DNA of 64,000 nt, from assembly GCA_045430285.1 (NCBI GenBank), contig JAILXV010000001.1:236387-300386 (forward strand), written 5' to 3'. Below, piece by piece: positions 50,966 through 61,126 of this stretch. The stretch comes from Agarilytica sp. (GTDB lineage Bacteria > Pseudomonadota > Gammaproteobacteria > Pseudomonadales > Cellvibrionaceae). Numbering within the stretch: position 1 is the first letter of the stretch; each line of letters opens with the position of its first letter. A program made the translations under genes and the position numbers. A model generated the notes under the pieces. That model was given only the letters and a program-made list of their open reading frames with translations. It made no database searches and was not told the origin of the DNA.

Positions 50966-52183
50966 GTGGATACGGTTGCAGAACCAAATGACGTGGCAAG
51001 TACGAAAAGTAAGTCTCCTCCAGTGGAGCCCTCCAGTACGGAGCGTGCGTCCATAGAGAGTGCTGAGTCTTATAACGTTGGTTTGCCGCTGTTGTCACTC
51101 TCAGATAAGCCGGTTTCCTTTTTCGAGTTTTGGCCTGCCTGGGTGCTTTACATTCCCATTGGGCTCTACTGGGTTTTATTATCTTTACGTTACCGGAGTT
51201 TTGGTCTGCCTATGGCCGTAAACCCCAATATAGCGTTAGGGGGAATGGTCGGTGAATCCAAATATGAAATACTGGAACAGGGCGGTGATCTAGCTCAGTC
51301 ATACATTCTTCCCTATGTGATAAGGGATCAACATCATGACGCCTCGTTACACAATTGTGATGAAACACTTCTCCGTCATGTGGAGAATGACCTTATCGCT
51401 GCGAAGGAAAAGGGCATAAGCTTCCCTTTTATCGTTAAGCCAGAGCTCGGTTGCCGTGGTGCGGGTGTTCAGGTTATTTCGTCTGGTGATGAGCTGCTGC
51501 AATACCTCAGAGGCTTCCCGCAGGATAGACGTTATTTGTTACAGGAATTGGCCCCATATTCAGCAGAAGCAGGGATCTTTTACGAACGGTTTCCTGGTAA
51601 AAATGGGGGGCAGGTCACATCAGTTACATTGAAGTATCGCCCTACAGTGATCGGGGACGGCAAAAAAAGTATCAAATCATTGATTTTAAGTGACCCTAGG
51701 GCTTCAGTATTGCGTGAGCAATATTTAGAGAAAAACAACGACCGCCTTCATGTGATACCAAAAGCGGATGAAGAGATTGCGCTCGCTTTTGCTGGAAGCC
51801 ATTGTCGGGGCAGCATATTTCGAAATGGGAACGAATATATTACTGATACTTTGACTAAAAAAATAGACGAAATCATGTTGGATTTCCCTGACTTTTACTA
51901 CGGACGGCTGGATATAAAATTTAAAGATATTGCGTCACTTAGCGATGGTAATAATTTTGTCATAATCGAAGTGAATGGCGTGAGCAGTGAAAAAACTCAT
52001 ATTTGGGACAGCCGAACGTCATTGTTTGAGGCGTTTTCTACTTTATTTGAGCAGTATACGACACTATTTAAAATGGGGTATGCCATGAGGGAACTGGGGT
52101 ATAAGATCCCTTCAATTAGGGTGCTCATAAAAACATGGTGGCAAGAACTTCAGCGCAGTAATACATATCCTTCGACGGACTAA
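50966..52183 (+). CDS. ATP-grasp ligase (D-Ala-D-Ala-ligase-like annotation class, function unknown)
   Basis: FPFIVKPELGCRGAGV, LLQE, GRLDIKF, IIEVNG. Start uncertain. Confidence 0.8.
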   Translation: MDTVAEPNDVASTKSKSPPVEPSSTERASIESAESYNVGLPLLSLSDKPVSFFEFWPAWVLYIPIGLYWVLLSLRYRSFGLPMAVNPNIALGGMVGESKYEILEQGGDLAQSYILPYVIRDQHHDASLHNCDETLLRHVENDLIAAKEKGISFPFIVKPELGCRGAGVQVISSGDELLQYLRGFPQDRRYLLQELAPYSAEAGIFYERFPGKNGGQVTSVTLKYRPTVIGDGKKSIKSLILSDPRASVLREQYLEKNNDRLHVIPKADEEIALAFAGSHCRGSIFRNGNEYITDTLTKKIDEIMLDFPDFYYGRLDIKFKDIASLSDGNNFVIIEVNGVSSEKTHIWDSRTSLFEAFSTLFEQYTTLFKMGYAMRELGYKIPSIRVLIKTWWQELQRSNTYPSTD

Positions 52184-52206
52184 ATTTTTTAGAGAGGCTT
52201 TCGGCT

Positions 52207-52656
52207 ATGAAAAACTTTATTCAATATAGTGCGCTTATCGGCTTATTTGTATTGTCGGGCAGTGCCTTTTCTGAAGCGGTTTATACTGATTTTTTTAGCA
52301 ATAAAGCCCTTAGCGGTTACGATACGGTCGCCTATTTTAAAGAAGGGAAGCCAGTAAAAGGGAAAAAAGAACACACAAGCGATTACCTCGGTGCGAAGTG
52401 GTTTTTTAGCAGCGCTAAAAACAAAGCACTATTTGATAAAGAGCCAGATAGGTATCGTCCACAATTTGGTGGCCATTGTGCCTGGGCTGTTGCCGAGAAT
52501 AATGCAAAAGCTAAGGGTGACCCTCAGTATTGGAAAATTATTGACGATAAGCTGTATCTTAACTTCAACGCGGATGTTCAGAATAAATGGTTGAAGGATA
52601 TTCCTGGTTTTATTGTTCAGGGCAACAAAAACTGGCCTGGATTGGCTGCAGAATAA
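52207..52656 (+). CDS. Secreted YHS-domain (seleno)protein family member, Cys form
   Basis: Signal peptide; ALSGYDTVAYF, W.F.S..NK.LF..P.RY.PQFGGHCAWA, KLYLN. Confidence 0.85.
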   Translation: MKNFIQYSALIGLFVLSGSAFSEAVYTDFFSNKALSGYDTVAYFKEGKPVKGKKEHTSDYLGAKWFFSSAKNKALFDKEPDRYRPQFGGHCAWAVAENNAKAKGDPQYWKIIDDKLYLNFNADVQNKWLKDIPGFIVQGNKNWPGLAAE

Positions 52657-52671
52657 TAATTATTAAAGTGG

Positions 52672-53136
52672 GTGAATACGATGGTTTTTTTTAAGAAAAA
52701 TTGGCGATGGTTTGCTGCTACGTGGATAGCCTTTGTTTTTGTCCAGTCATTATTTTTTAAGTTTGCAGGTTCGCACGAAACTCAACATATTTTTGGTGTG
52801 TTAGGGGAGTTTTTGGGCATGGCGTGGTTTGCCGCATATGGCGGCTATATCATTGGTGGGTTAGAGCTTGTGGCTTCAGTTCTCCTTTTTCTCCGATTCT
52901 GGCCATGGGGGGCTCTTCTCGCTTTTGAAATTATGTCGGGTGCGATAGTATTCCACTTGTTTACGCCCTTAGGGGTTGTCATGCCTGCATTCGATGAAAT
53001 GGGGAGCAAGGTTGGTGATGACGGTGGCGTATTGTTTATTATGGCGTGTATCACGTGGGTCTGTTCGCTGGCACTTGTTGTAAAAGACGTGACAGCGGAA
53101 GAGAGTCTGATTCGTAGTGTATTGCCTCGTAGGTAA
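52672..53136 (+). CDS. DoxX-like membrane protein
   Basis: FVQSLFFKF, IG..ELVASVLL, M.GAI.FHLFTPLG, DGG.LF.MA. Confidence 0.82.
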   Translation: MNTMVFFKKNWRWFAATWIAFVFVQSLFFKFAGSHETQHIFGVLGEFLGMAWFAAYGGYIIGGLELVASVLLFLRFWPWGALLAFEIMSGAIVFHLFTPLGVVMPAFDEMGSKVGDDGGVLFIMACITWVCSLALVVKDVTAEESLIRSVLPRR

Positions 53137-53139
53137 CGT

Positions 53140-53754
53140 ATGACAATGAACATAGACGCGGTTCGCTCAATCATCATTGGAAACATTGAAGCGCTTGATC
53201 AAGGTATTCACTTGGTTAATGCATTAAGCGATGCACAATACCGCTTTACCGATTCTTCCTATACCCAAAGCAGTATTGGTCAGCACTTTCGGCATATTAT
53301 TGATATGTATATGGTGGTGTCTTATCCCGATGACTCGTCGATCATAGACTATGATACGCGACGCCGAGGTGCCGATGTTGAAACGTGTTGTGATACCGCT
53401 ATTCGCGAATTAAATGTAATTAAAACGTACATCAGTGCGTACTTAAATAATTTGGATGAATCAATTGCCCTGTTGGATCAGGATGTAGACATCAAAACAG
53501 AAGTGACAATAGATGAGACTCACTCTGTTGTATTGCGCTCAAATAAACTACGAGAACTTGTTTTTACAAGCAGTCACGCGGTGCATCATTTTGCGTTGAT
53601 ATCCATGATCGCAAAAATCCAGGGAATAGTATTAGATAAAAATATTGGTGTTGCTCCTGCGACAGCAACATTTTTACGTAGTGAGGCTGAGGAGGTGCGA
53701 GAAATGCGAGTAGAGGGAGAGTCTGAGATTACAGAGGCACTTTCCGAGCAATAA
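53140..53754 (+). CDS. DinB/YfiT-like family protein
   Basis: SSIGQHFRH, YD.RRR, REL.F..SHAVHHFALI metal-binding His set. Confidence 0.85.
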   Translation: MTMNIDAVRSIIIGNIEALDQGIHLVNALSDAQYRFTDSSYTQSSIGQHFRHIIDMYMVVSYPDDSSIIDYDTRRRGADVETCCDTAIRELNVIKTYISAYLNNLDESIALLDQDVDIKTEVTIDETHSVVLRSNKLRELVFTSSHAVHHFALISMIAKIQGIVLDKNIGVAPATATFLRSEAEEVREMRVEGESEITEALSEQ

Positions 53755-54530
53755 TGTGTACCATTAGTTGGTTTATTTCTTCTGAAGGGTATCGGGTTTT
53801 TTTTAATCGCGACGAACAAGTTACCCGTCCTAAAGCAATCCCCCCAAAAGTTATTGTCGAAAATGATATTGGTACGATTATGCCCGTTGATCCTCAGGGT
53901 GGTGGCACCTGGTGTGCGGTTAACGAATATGGCTTTACATTTGCGTTACTAAATTTTTATCAGGGTCGTTTACCTAAAGGTCGTTTGATTTCAAGGGGGA
54001 AGTTGGTCCGAGCATGTGCGGGTTTCCGTCGTGCGGAGCATGCTCATGAATATGTTTCCGCATTAAATCTTGCCAAATACGCACCGTTCTCTCTGCTTTG
54101 TTTTTCTCCTCGTTCAGAACTTGCTGACGTGAACAATACGCTGAACACACCGTTGCAAGAGGTTGCCCGTGTGACCATGATGCGTTGGACGGGAAAAGAG
54201 CTAATCGAAACGGAACAGAGCTGCCCATTAATTTCATCTGCCGTTCGCTACGATGAAGTGTATGAAAGCCGTTTAACGGTATATAAAACGATTTTTGACG
54301 GGAAGTCGACGGAAAACAAAACCGTGGAGGATTATCAAGAATTACACGCCTCTCACCTTCCAGGTCGCTCTTCTCACTCTATTTGTATGCATCGTGATGA
54401 TGCGCAGACGGTAAGTTTTTCTCAAATTGAAGTAACGGATAAGGATGTTCAGTTCTTCTATTCAGATGGTCCGCCTTGTGAGGCGGCTATAGAAAAATAC
54501 GCAAGCTTGAAGCGTGCTTTTCCATCTTAA
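53754..54530 (+). CDS. NRDE/TANGO2 family Ntn-hydrolase-like protein
   Basis: MCT N-terminus, NRDE motif, P.DP.GGGTW, SRG; TAATG overlap with the DinB gene. Confidence 0.9.
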   Translation: MCTISWFISSEGYRVFFNRDEQVTRPKAIPPKVIVENDIGTIMPVDPQGGGTWCAVNEYGFTFALLNFYQGRLPKGRLISRGKLVRACAGFRRAEHAHEYVSALNLAKYAPFSLLCFSPRSELADVNNTLNTPLQEVARVTMMRWTGKELIETEQSCPLISSAVRYDEVYESRLTVYKTIFDGKSTENKTVEDYQELHASHLPGRSSHSICMHRDDAQTVSFSQIEVTDKDVQFFYSDGPPCEAAIEKYASLKRAFPS

Positions 54531-54566
54531 ATTATTACGCGATAACGAGGGTTTGAATTTTCCGCG

Positions 54567-55415
54567 TTATATCGTTTCCGCCATCGCGCCTTTTTCAATA
54601 CCTTCAAACGCTTTTACCACAAAGTGTGTTTTTTCTTCAGCAACAACCTGTTTCGTTAATTCAGACAGTATATGTTGCGTGATAAGCTCGATGGTGGAAT
54701 CTGTCGTAATAATGTCACATTGCGCTTTAGGCAACTCTAGATAAAATTCACCTTGTTGTGCGGTATAGCGAAAGCCAATATTTTCTTTATATTCGGCTGT
54801 AACGCAGTCTGATTGCGTACCAATATAAATGTCTTGCCAGCGCTCCGCCCAATACCGCATGTCTTCCAGGCTTAGTTCCCCGTTACGCCAAATAAGTATG
54901 CGTGAGCGATGACCGTGAGCGATACGTTGACAGTTGCCATCATGTTTCTTAAGCCCATGACTATAGTGGTAATAGGGGCCTTCAATGTGCTCTGGAGTGA
55001 AGGTAATAACAAGTTTTTCAACCGAAGCGGGAAATTCTTTTAGTAATTGATCAACACAATATTGAGCAACGGAATCTGTTGTTACGACATCGGCATCAAT
55101 CAATGTGAGCGCCTGTCGAGGACATGTCGTTTTGATGACGTGTTCTTGGTAGGACCAGGTGAGATCTTGCGTGCCTTCTTTATCTTCTAGATTGGCGCAG
55201 GGAGAATTAATTGGCACAACCAGACGATGGTCCACTTCTTCGTCTAGCCAGCGCTTAATTCTCTTTTTGACGTGACCAAAATCGACCACCATGCCTTGTG
55301 AATCCAATTCACCGTGTAGCTCAACGTTTACTTGCCAGGTTTCCCCGACTAAGCCGCGTGACGGATGTAAAAAACTGAAATCAATGGTGGTGAGTTTGTC
55401 GACAAACAATCGCAT
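54567..55415 (-). CDS. Tandem-domain 6-carboxytetrahydropterin synthase-like (QueD-like) protein
   Basis: DFGHVK...IDHRL, HYSHGLKKHDGNCQRIAHGH. Confidence 0.82.
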   Translation of the reverse strand: MRLFVDKLTTIDFSFLHPSRGLVGETWQVNVELHGELDSQGMVVDFGHVKKRIKRWLDEEVDHRLVVPINSPCANLEDKEGTQDLTWSYQEHVIKTTCPRQALTLIDADVVTTDSVAQYCVDQLLKEFPASVEKLVITFTPEHIEGPYYHYSHGLKKHDGNCQRIAHGHRSRILIWRNGELSLEDMRYWAERWQDIYIGTQSDCVTAEYKENIGFRYTAQQGEFYLELPKAQCDIITTDSTIELITQHILSELTKQVVAEEKTHFVVKAFEGIEKGAMAETI

Positions 55416-55543
55416 AAAATTAGGCCTATTACTGAACGGCAATAGTACGCGAAAAAATGTAAGCTTGTTAGCGCCAGTTGTTTCAATCTGCGGGAATACT
55501 TTGTAAGCACTGCGGTTTAATAGAATTTGTGAGGAGAGTACCC

Positions 55544-55855
55544 ATGGTTAAAATTTGTTTTTTTGTCCCGCCGAGTCATATCGAAGACGTGAAGCTCGCC
55601 ATGTTCGATGCTGGGGCGGGACGTATTGGGAACTACGATCAATGCAGTTGGCAAACCTTGGGGCAGGGTCAATTTCGGCCATTAGATGGGAGTCAGCCTT
55701 TTATTGGGGAAAAAGGGCAGTGTGAAAATGTAGAAGAATACCGAGTTGAGATGGTGTGTGATGCCGCGTTAGCGGCAAATGCTGTATCGGCATTGAAGCA
55801 GGCGCATCCCTATGAAGAGCCTGCTTACGATGTGATACAAGTGTTAGCAATGTAG
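55544..55855 (+). CDS. Stand-alone NIF3-associated (YqfO-like, PII/CutA-like) protein
   Basis: F.VP.SH...VK.AMF.AGAGRIGNYD.C, HPYEEPAYDV; GAGGAG RBS. Confidence 0.9.
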   Translation: MVKICFFVPPSHIEDVKLAMFDAGAGRIGNYDQCSWQTLGQGQFRPLDGSQPFIGEKGQCENVEEYRVEMVCDAALAANAVSALKQAHPYEEPAYDVIQVLAM

Positions 55856-55887
55856 TGGTTGAGAAGCTGTCACGAACAAATGTTCTA

Positions 55888-56220
55888 CTAACTTACGAAT
55901 GGAATCACATTGCTTTGTTGTCGTTCATCATATGAGTCGTAGGACGGTTGCGAGTACGAACCATTGAGGACAGCTTGAAGCTTAGCAAGAGACTCATGCA
56001 TCATCTTGGATATAGCGATACAGGAGCCGAGAGGTGATTTGTGAAGCTGCCGCTGACAGTTCACCTGGAACTGAAGCCCACGTAAACGGCGCTTTAAATG
56101 CTCTGGAGCCCGAGCGATAAGTGCTTCGATTTCCCTTGTTCTGAAAGCCTCTAGGCGCTCGGGTGATTGCTCTGCCAATCGCCTCAATTCATCGAAGCTT
56201 GGCCACTCTTTTCTAACCAT
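55888..56220 (-). CDS. DUF3135 family protein
   Basis: PSFDEL..LA...PE.LE..R..I.., RLRGLQFQ. Confidence 0.8.
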   Translation of the reverse strand: MVRKEWPSFDELRRLAEQSPERLEAFRTREIEALIARAPEHLKRRLRGLQFQVNCQRQLHKSPLGSCIAISKMMHESLAKLQAVLNGSYSQPSYDSYDERQQSNVIPFVS

Positions 56221-56403
56221 AACGTTACCCCGTACTTTACTCCCATGGTGCAACTTGTCCTTTGGGCACCAGGATAACTGTATTCCCCCGAATAACAGGC
56301 TAACCCGAGCTGTGGCGCAAAAAACAAACTGCGTACAAAAAACATACTATCAGATACTTTGTGGCTATGTTAAGGGTTTTAAATAGTATTAAAAGTTATA
56401 AGC

Positions 56404-57069
56404 TTGTCTAGTCCTATTGAATTTAGACTTCTGAGAACATATACCTGTTATAAGGGTCAATGTACGATAGGATTAGAGCACATAAGAGAGCCCATGAACG
56501 TGCACGCAAAGCAAATAAGAGATCAAGCCGCAGTGTTAATCGCCATCGCTAAGGAGAAGGATGGTCAAGAGTCCGTATTACTCACCGAGCGGGCTAAGCA
56601 CCTCTCCATTCATAGTGGGGAAGTTGCATTTCCAGGAGGTAAGCGTGAGATTGATGATGGCAGCCTACTTGATACAGCGCTTAGAGAAAGCCATGAGGAG
56701 GTTGGGCTAGAGCCTTCTCGTGTGGATATCATCGATGAACTTCCAGTGAGTTATACCCGTCACGGTATCTCCGTTACGCCTTACGTCGGTCGCGTAGATT
56801 CAAATAAAGGGCTTGTCGCTAACGATGGCGAACTACAGTCAATGTTCTGGGTGCCGGTCGAATTTCTGCTTCGCGATACTCGCGAGCGTACCGATATTTT
56901 TACCTTAGACGGTCGCGAATACTGGGCGCCGGTATATGACTGGATGGGTTACACCATCTGGGGTTTTACTGCGCGGGTGCTTGTAGATTTTTTAAATCGT
57001 GTTTATGGGCAGAATATTGAGCGTGCGAGTGAGGCGCCAGAGGTCCTTTATCAGCGGCCGGTTAAGTAG
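56404..57069 (+). CDS. nudL: CoA pyrophosphatase (NudL-type Nudix hydrolase)
   Basis: LLTERA..LS.HSGEVAFPGG, Nudix box TALRESHEEVGL, IWGFTA. Start uncertain. Confidence 0.88.
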   Translation: MSSPIEFRLLRTYTCYKGQCTIGLEHIREPMNVHAKQIRDQAAVLIAIAKEKDGQESVLLTERAKHLSIHSGEVAFPGGKREIDDGSLLDTALRESHEEVGLEPSRVDIIDELPVSYTRHGISVTPYVGRVDSNKGLVANDGELQSMFWVPVEFLLRDTRERTDIFTLDGREYWAPVYDWMGYTIWGFTARVLVDFLNRVYGQNIERASEAPEVLYQRPVK

Positions 57070-57134
57070 CTGTCGGTGTTTGGGATATTGCGCGCTTGGT
57101 TTTGCGGTCTTTCGTCTTATCAATGGTTTGAGTT

Positions 57135-58412
57135 TTAGAAGGGCTTTTCCAGAACTAAGGCTTTTTCGATACGCGTTTCACCAATCTCTTTAATCTCAAG
57201 TCGGTAGTTTTTTATTTCAAAACTAACGGTCGCGTCTGGAATGCGTTCGAGAAACTCAACAATAATACCGTTGAGCGTTTTGGGTCCATCTGTAGGTAAA
57301 TCCCAGCCAAGATTGCGATTGATATCTCGTATGGATGCAGAAGCATCTATTAAGAACCAATTGTTGTCTTGTTCTATTATCTCTTCTCGTTCATCTTCTG
57401 CTGCGTCTGTCGCGAAATCGCCGACGATTTGCTCCAGTAAGTCAACAAGTGTGGCTAGCCCCATAACTTCGCCATATTCGTCTACCACTATCCCCATGCG
57501 TTTTTTTGCTTTTTGAAAATTCAAAAGTTGGGTTGATAGTGGTGTGGACTCGGGAATAAAGTAAGGCTTAGAAGAAAGATTTTTTATGGCGTCATGAGTG
57601 ATGGCGGTGGAGCCTTCGCTCTTTAAAAACTTTGCAATATTACGTTGGTGCAGAACGCCAACAATTTTATTGATATCGCCAATATAAACCGGAATGAGCG
57701 TGTATTCTGCGTTTTGAATATCATCAATAATCTTGTCGATGTCGTCTTCTAAATCGATTCCCATAATTTCATTACGAGGAATCAAAATATCTTCAACCGT
57801 GGCTTTTTCTAAATCTAAAACATTCAATAACATGCCTTGGTGCTGATCGGGAATTAAATCGCCCGCTTCATCCACGACCGTGCGTAACTCGTCAGGGTGT
57901 AAATGGTCACCCAAACTGGAGGCTGATGTATCTAGGCCAAAAATACGGGCAATGCCGTTGGATATGCCATTAATTAACCACACTACAGGCAGTAGCAACC
58001 ACAGAAGCGGCATTAAGGCAAAGCTGGCAGGGAAGGCAACTTTTTCGGGGTAGACAGCTGCAACGGATTTTGGAGTGACTTCGGCAAAGATTAAAATAAC
58101 CACCGTGAGCACAATGGGGAGCAGCCAAACGGTTGCCCATTCTCCGATGAGACGTGCAGTTAAAACGCCCGCGACCACGGTTGCCATTATATTGACGAAA
58201 TTATTGCCGATAAGGATTACGCCAATTAATCGATCAGGTCGGTTAAGGAGTTTTGCGGCGCGTATGGCGCCTCGGTTTTTATTTTTGACCAGATGTTTTA
58301 GGCGATAGCGGTTAAGCGAAAGCATTCCAGTTTCAGAGCTGGAAAAAAATCCGGAAAGGAGAATAAGAAATGCCAGTATGCCAAAAAGCAGACTTGTAGA
58401 GAGGCCGTCCAA
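57135..58412 (-). CDS. HlyC/CorC (CNNM-CBS) family transporter, YfjD/CorB type
   Basis: FFSSSETGM, ILIGNNFVNI, CBS pair, VVDEYG..GL.TL.DLLE.IVG, GPKTLNG. Confidence 0.93.
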   Translation of the reverse strand: MDGLSTSLLFGILAFLILLSGFFSSSETGMLSLNRYRLKHLVKNKNRGAIRAAKLLNRPDRLIGVILIGNNFVNIMATVVAGVLTARLIGEWATVWLLPIVLTVVILIFAEVTPKSVAAVYPEKVAFPASFALMPLLWLLLPVVWLINGISNGIARIFGLDTSASSLGDHLHPDELRTVVDEAGDLIPDQHQGMLLNVLDLEKATVEDILIPRNEIMGIDLEDDIDKIIDDIQNAEYTLIPVYIGDINKIVGVLHQRNIAKFLKSEGSTAITHDAIKNLSSKPYFIPESTPLSTQLLNFQKAKKRMGIVVDEYGEVMGLATLVDLLEQIVGDFATDAAEDEREEIIEQDNNWFLIDASASIRDINRNLGWDLPTDGPKTLNGIIVEFLERIPDATVSFEIKNYRLEIKEIGETRIEKALVLEKPF

Positions 58413-58489
58413 AAGAAGGTGTAACCTATATTTTTATGAGGCTAATAATATTAGAACGAGAGCTTAGGTAGATTCAAGGGAAACTTTGA

Positions 58490-59293
58490 TTACGGTGCCG
58501 TTGGATGCCCAATAATGACTTCTATCACGAATTTACTCCCAAAATAGGCCAGCATTAATGCGGCAAAGCCCCCCAAAACCCACCGAACCGCGGAAGCACC
58601 ACGCCAGCCATAGATTTGATGACCTGATAGAAGCACGGCATAGATAAGCCAAGAGAGCACCGAGAAAACGGTTTTGTGAGAAAGCTTTTGAACAAAAATA
58701 TCGTCGATATAAATCACGCCAGTCACAATTGAGAGTGTAAGGAACAAAAAACCCGCCCAAACGATATCGAATAGTAGGGTTTCCATCGTTTGAAGTGGCG
58801 GCAAAATGCCCATCATACCGTGAAAGTGTTTAGATTTGAGTTGGCGGTTTTGATACGCCAATAACAAGGCTTGAATACTCGCGATGGTGAGCAAGCTGTA
58901 GGCAAGCACAGACAGGAGAATATGGGCCACCATGCCAGGGTGAAGTGCGTTGCCTGCATTGGCTGGACCACCATACAGTCCGCTAACAAGCAAGCTAATA
59001 ATGGACAGCGGCATTAAGAATACAAAGAGATTATGCAAAGGCTTTCGCAAGCTACTGAGTAGAACCAGAAGATTCATGACGAAAAAGAACAGTGAAGCAA
59101 CCTTAAAGAAACTGAACGTTATGCCTTGATCGCTGACGAGGGCGTTGTAAACGGAAAGGCCATGAAAACAAAGGCCTGTACCAATAATACTTAATATTAT
59201 GCGTGCAGCAACACTCTGTTTTTGGCGTACTAGAGTGTCTAGCATATAAGCCCAGGCACAGATGTAGAGCGCTATTGTTATGTAACTTGTCAT
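58490..59293 (-). CDS. ypjD: Inner membrane protein YpjD (cytochrome c assembly family)
   Basis: HILLSVLAYS, LPPLQTME, HKTVFS, GSKFV; divergent from ffh. Confidence 0.92.
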   Translation of the reverse strand: MTSYITIALYICAWAYMLDTLVRQKQSVAARIILSIIGTGLCFHGLSVYNALVSDQGITFSFFKVASLFFFVMNLLVLLSSLRKPLHNLFVFLMPLSIISLLVSGLYGGPANAGNALHPGMVAHILLSVLAYSLLTIASIQALLLAYQNRQLKSKHFHGMMGILPPLQTMETLLFDIVWAGFLFLTLSIVTGVIYIDDIFVQKLSHKTVFSVLSWLIYAVLLSGHQIYGWRGASAVRWVLGGFAALMLAYFGSKFVIEVIIGHPTAP

Positions 59294-59485
59294 CAGCTTG
59301 TATGAGTAATGCGGACTGGAGACCCAAGATTAGGGCTTACGCTGTTTAATGGCAAGCGTATTCGCTGTAATTCCACTTAGGCATTCGCCGTAAAGTTAGC
59401 ATCTTAGGGCCTCGTTTTTCCTTAATAGAATCATTATACTGGCGGCCGAATATTACCCGTGATAACTAAACGTTAAGTCCTTCAT

Positions 59486-60886
59486 ATGTTTGAAAATTTA
59501 TCTGACCGCCTGTCGAGATCGCTCAAAAAAATCAGTGGAAAATCTCGACTTAACCACGACAACATTCAAGACACCCTAAGGGAGGTCCGTAAGGCGCTTC
59601 TTGAAGCGGATGTTGCACTGCCCGTGGTGAAAGAGTTTACCAATCTTGTGCGTAAGCGCGCGCAGGGTGTTGAAGTCTCTCGGGCACTGAACCCAGGTCA
59701 GCAGTTTTTAAAGATTGTTGAGGGACAGCTCGTCGAACTTATGGGCGAAGCCAATCAAAGTTTAGATTTGGCGCAGCAGCCTCCGGCTGTGGTATTAATG
59801 GCGGGCTTACAAGGTGCGGGTAAGACGACCTCTGTCGCGAAACTAGCGCGCTTCCTAAAAGAGAAAGAAAAGAAAAAAGTCGCGGTAGTATCCGTTGACA
59901 TATACCGACCAGCAGCAATTAAACAGCTAGAGACACTTGCCGAAGAGGTCGAAGCTGACTTCATACCGTCTTCTGCAGATGATAAGCCACTTGATATCGC
60001 AAAAGCGGCAATTAAACACGCCAAAAAGACCCATGCTGACGTGCTGCTTGTCGATACCGCGGGCCGTTTACACATCGATGATGAGTTGATGGATGAGATT
60101 AAAGGCCTGCACGCGGAAGTAAATCCCGTTGAAACCTTATTCGTTATCGATGCCATGATCGGTCAGGATGCGGTTAATACAGCCAAAGCATTCAATGATG
60201 CATTGCCGCTCACTGGGGTGATTCTTACCAAAACTGATGGTGATGCCCGTGGCGGTGCCGCTTTATCTGTCCGTCATGTGACCGGTAAGCCGATCAAGTT
60301 TATGGGGTCGGGTGAAAAGACTGATGCCTTAGAGCCGTTCCACCCAGAACGTATCGCTTCGCGTATTCTTGGTATGGGTGATGTGATGACCCTTATCGAA
60401 GAAGCTGAGGAAAAGATCGATAAGGAAAAAGCGGCAAAGCTGGTTCAAAAGGTTCAAAAAGGGAAGAAATTCGATTTAGAAGATTTGCGTGATCAGTTAC
60501 AGCAAATGAAAAACATGGGCGGCATGACCTCCATGCTGGAAAAGCTCCCTGGTATGGGCAATGTTGCTCAGATGGCCGAACAAGCCAACATGACGTCTCA
60601 GTTCAATAAAATGGACGCGCTGATTTGTTCGATGACGCCAGCGGAACGTAAAAACCCCGATATATTAAATGGTTCACGCAAACGTCGTATTACTCAAGGT
60701 TCTGGTTCCGATATTCAAGACCTGAATCGCCTCATCAAGCAGCACAAGCAAATGGCTAAAATGATGAAGAAAATGAAGGGCGGTGGCATGGCAAAAATGA
60801 TGCGCGGCATGGGAGGAATGCTTCCTGGTGGCGGTGGGGCAGGAGGAATGCCTCCTGGCGGTCTCCCTCCTGGTTTTGGCTCTTAA
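59486..60886 (+). CDS. ffh: Signal recognition particle protein
   Basis: GLQGAGKTT, DTAGR, TKTDGDARGG, Met-rich M domain. Confidence 0.99.
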   Translation: MFENLSDRLSRSLKKISGKSRLNHDNIQDTLREVRKALLEADVALPVVKEFTNLVRKRAQGVEVSRALNPGQQFLKIVEGQLVELMGEANQSLDLAQQPPAVVLMAGLQGAGKTTSVAKLARFLKEKEKKKVAVVSVDIYRPAAIKQLETLAEEVEADFIPSSADDKPLDIAKAAIKHAKKTHADVLLVDTAGRLHIDDELMDEIKGLHAEVNPVETLFVIDAMIGQDAVNTAKAFNDALPLTGVILTKTDGDARGGAALSVRHVTGKPIKFMGSGEKTDALEPFHPERIASRILGMGDVMTLIEEAEEKIDKEKAAKLVQKVQKGKKFDLEDLRDQLQQMKNMGGMTSMLEKLPGMGNVAQMAEQANMTSQFNKMDALICSMTPAERKNPDILNGSRKRRITQGSGSDIQDLNRLIKQHKQMAKMMKKMKGGGMAKMMRGMGGMLPGGGGAGGMPPGGLPPGFGS

Positions 60887-60977
60887 TAAAAAACCTAATG
60901 TTTTCAACGGCTTAGCTGAAGCTAAAAACTCTTTAAACGTGCCATTTAAAAAAAATGTGGCGCGCTGAGTTATCCCC

Positions 60978-61014
60978 TATACACAGCCATCTCTTTCCTT
61001 TAAAATACGCCGCC
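60978..61014 (+). promoter_or_regulatory. Candidate rpsP operon promoter
   Basis: TATACA-N17-TAAAAT followed by the GC-rich ACGCCGCC. Confidence 0.55.
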
Positions 61015-61126
61015 TTTCGCAGGTGGCTTCCTCGCCAATCCCAGGTAAATCAAGGGTTTACCTTATTTAGAAGAGGCGAGTCGTCAAAATAGCGTTATAA
61101 CTAAGAACTCATAGGGTTAGATATCC

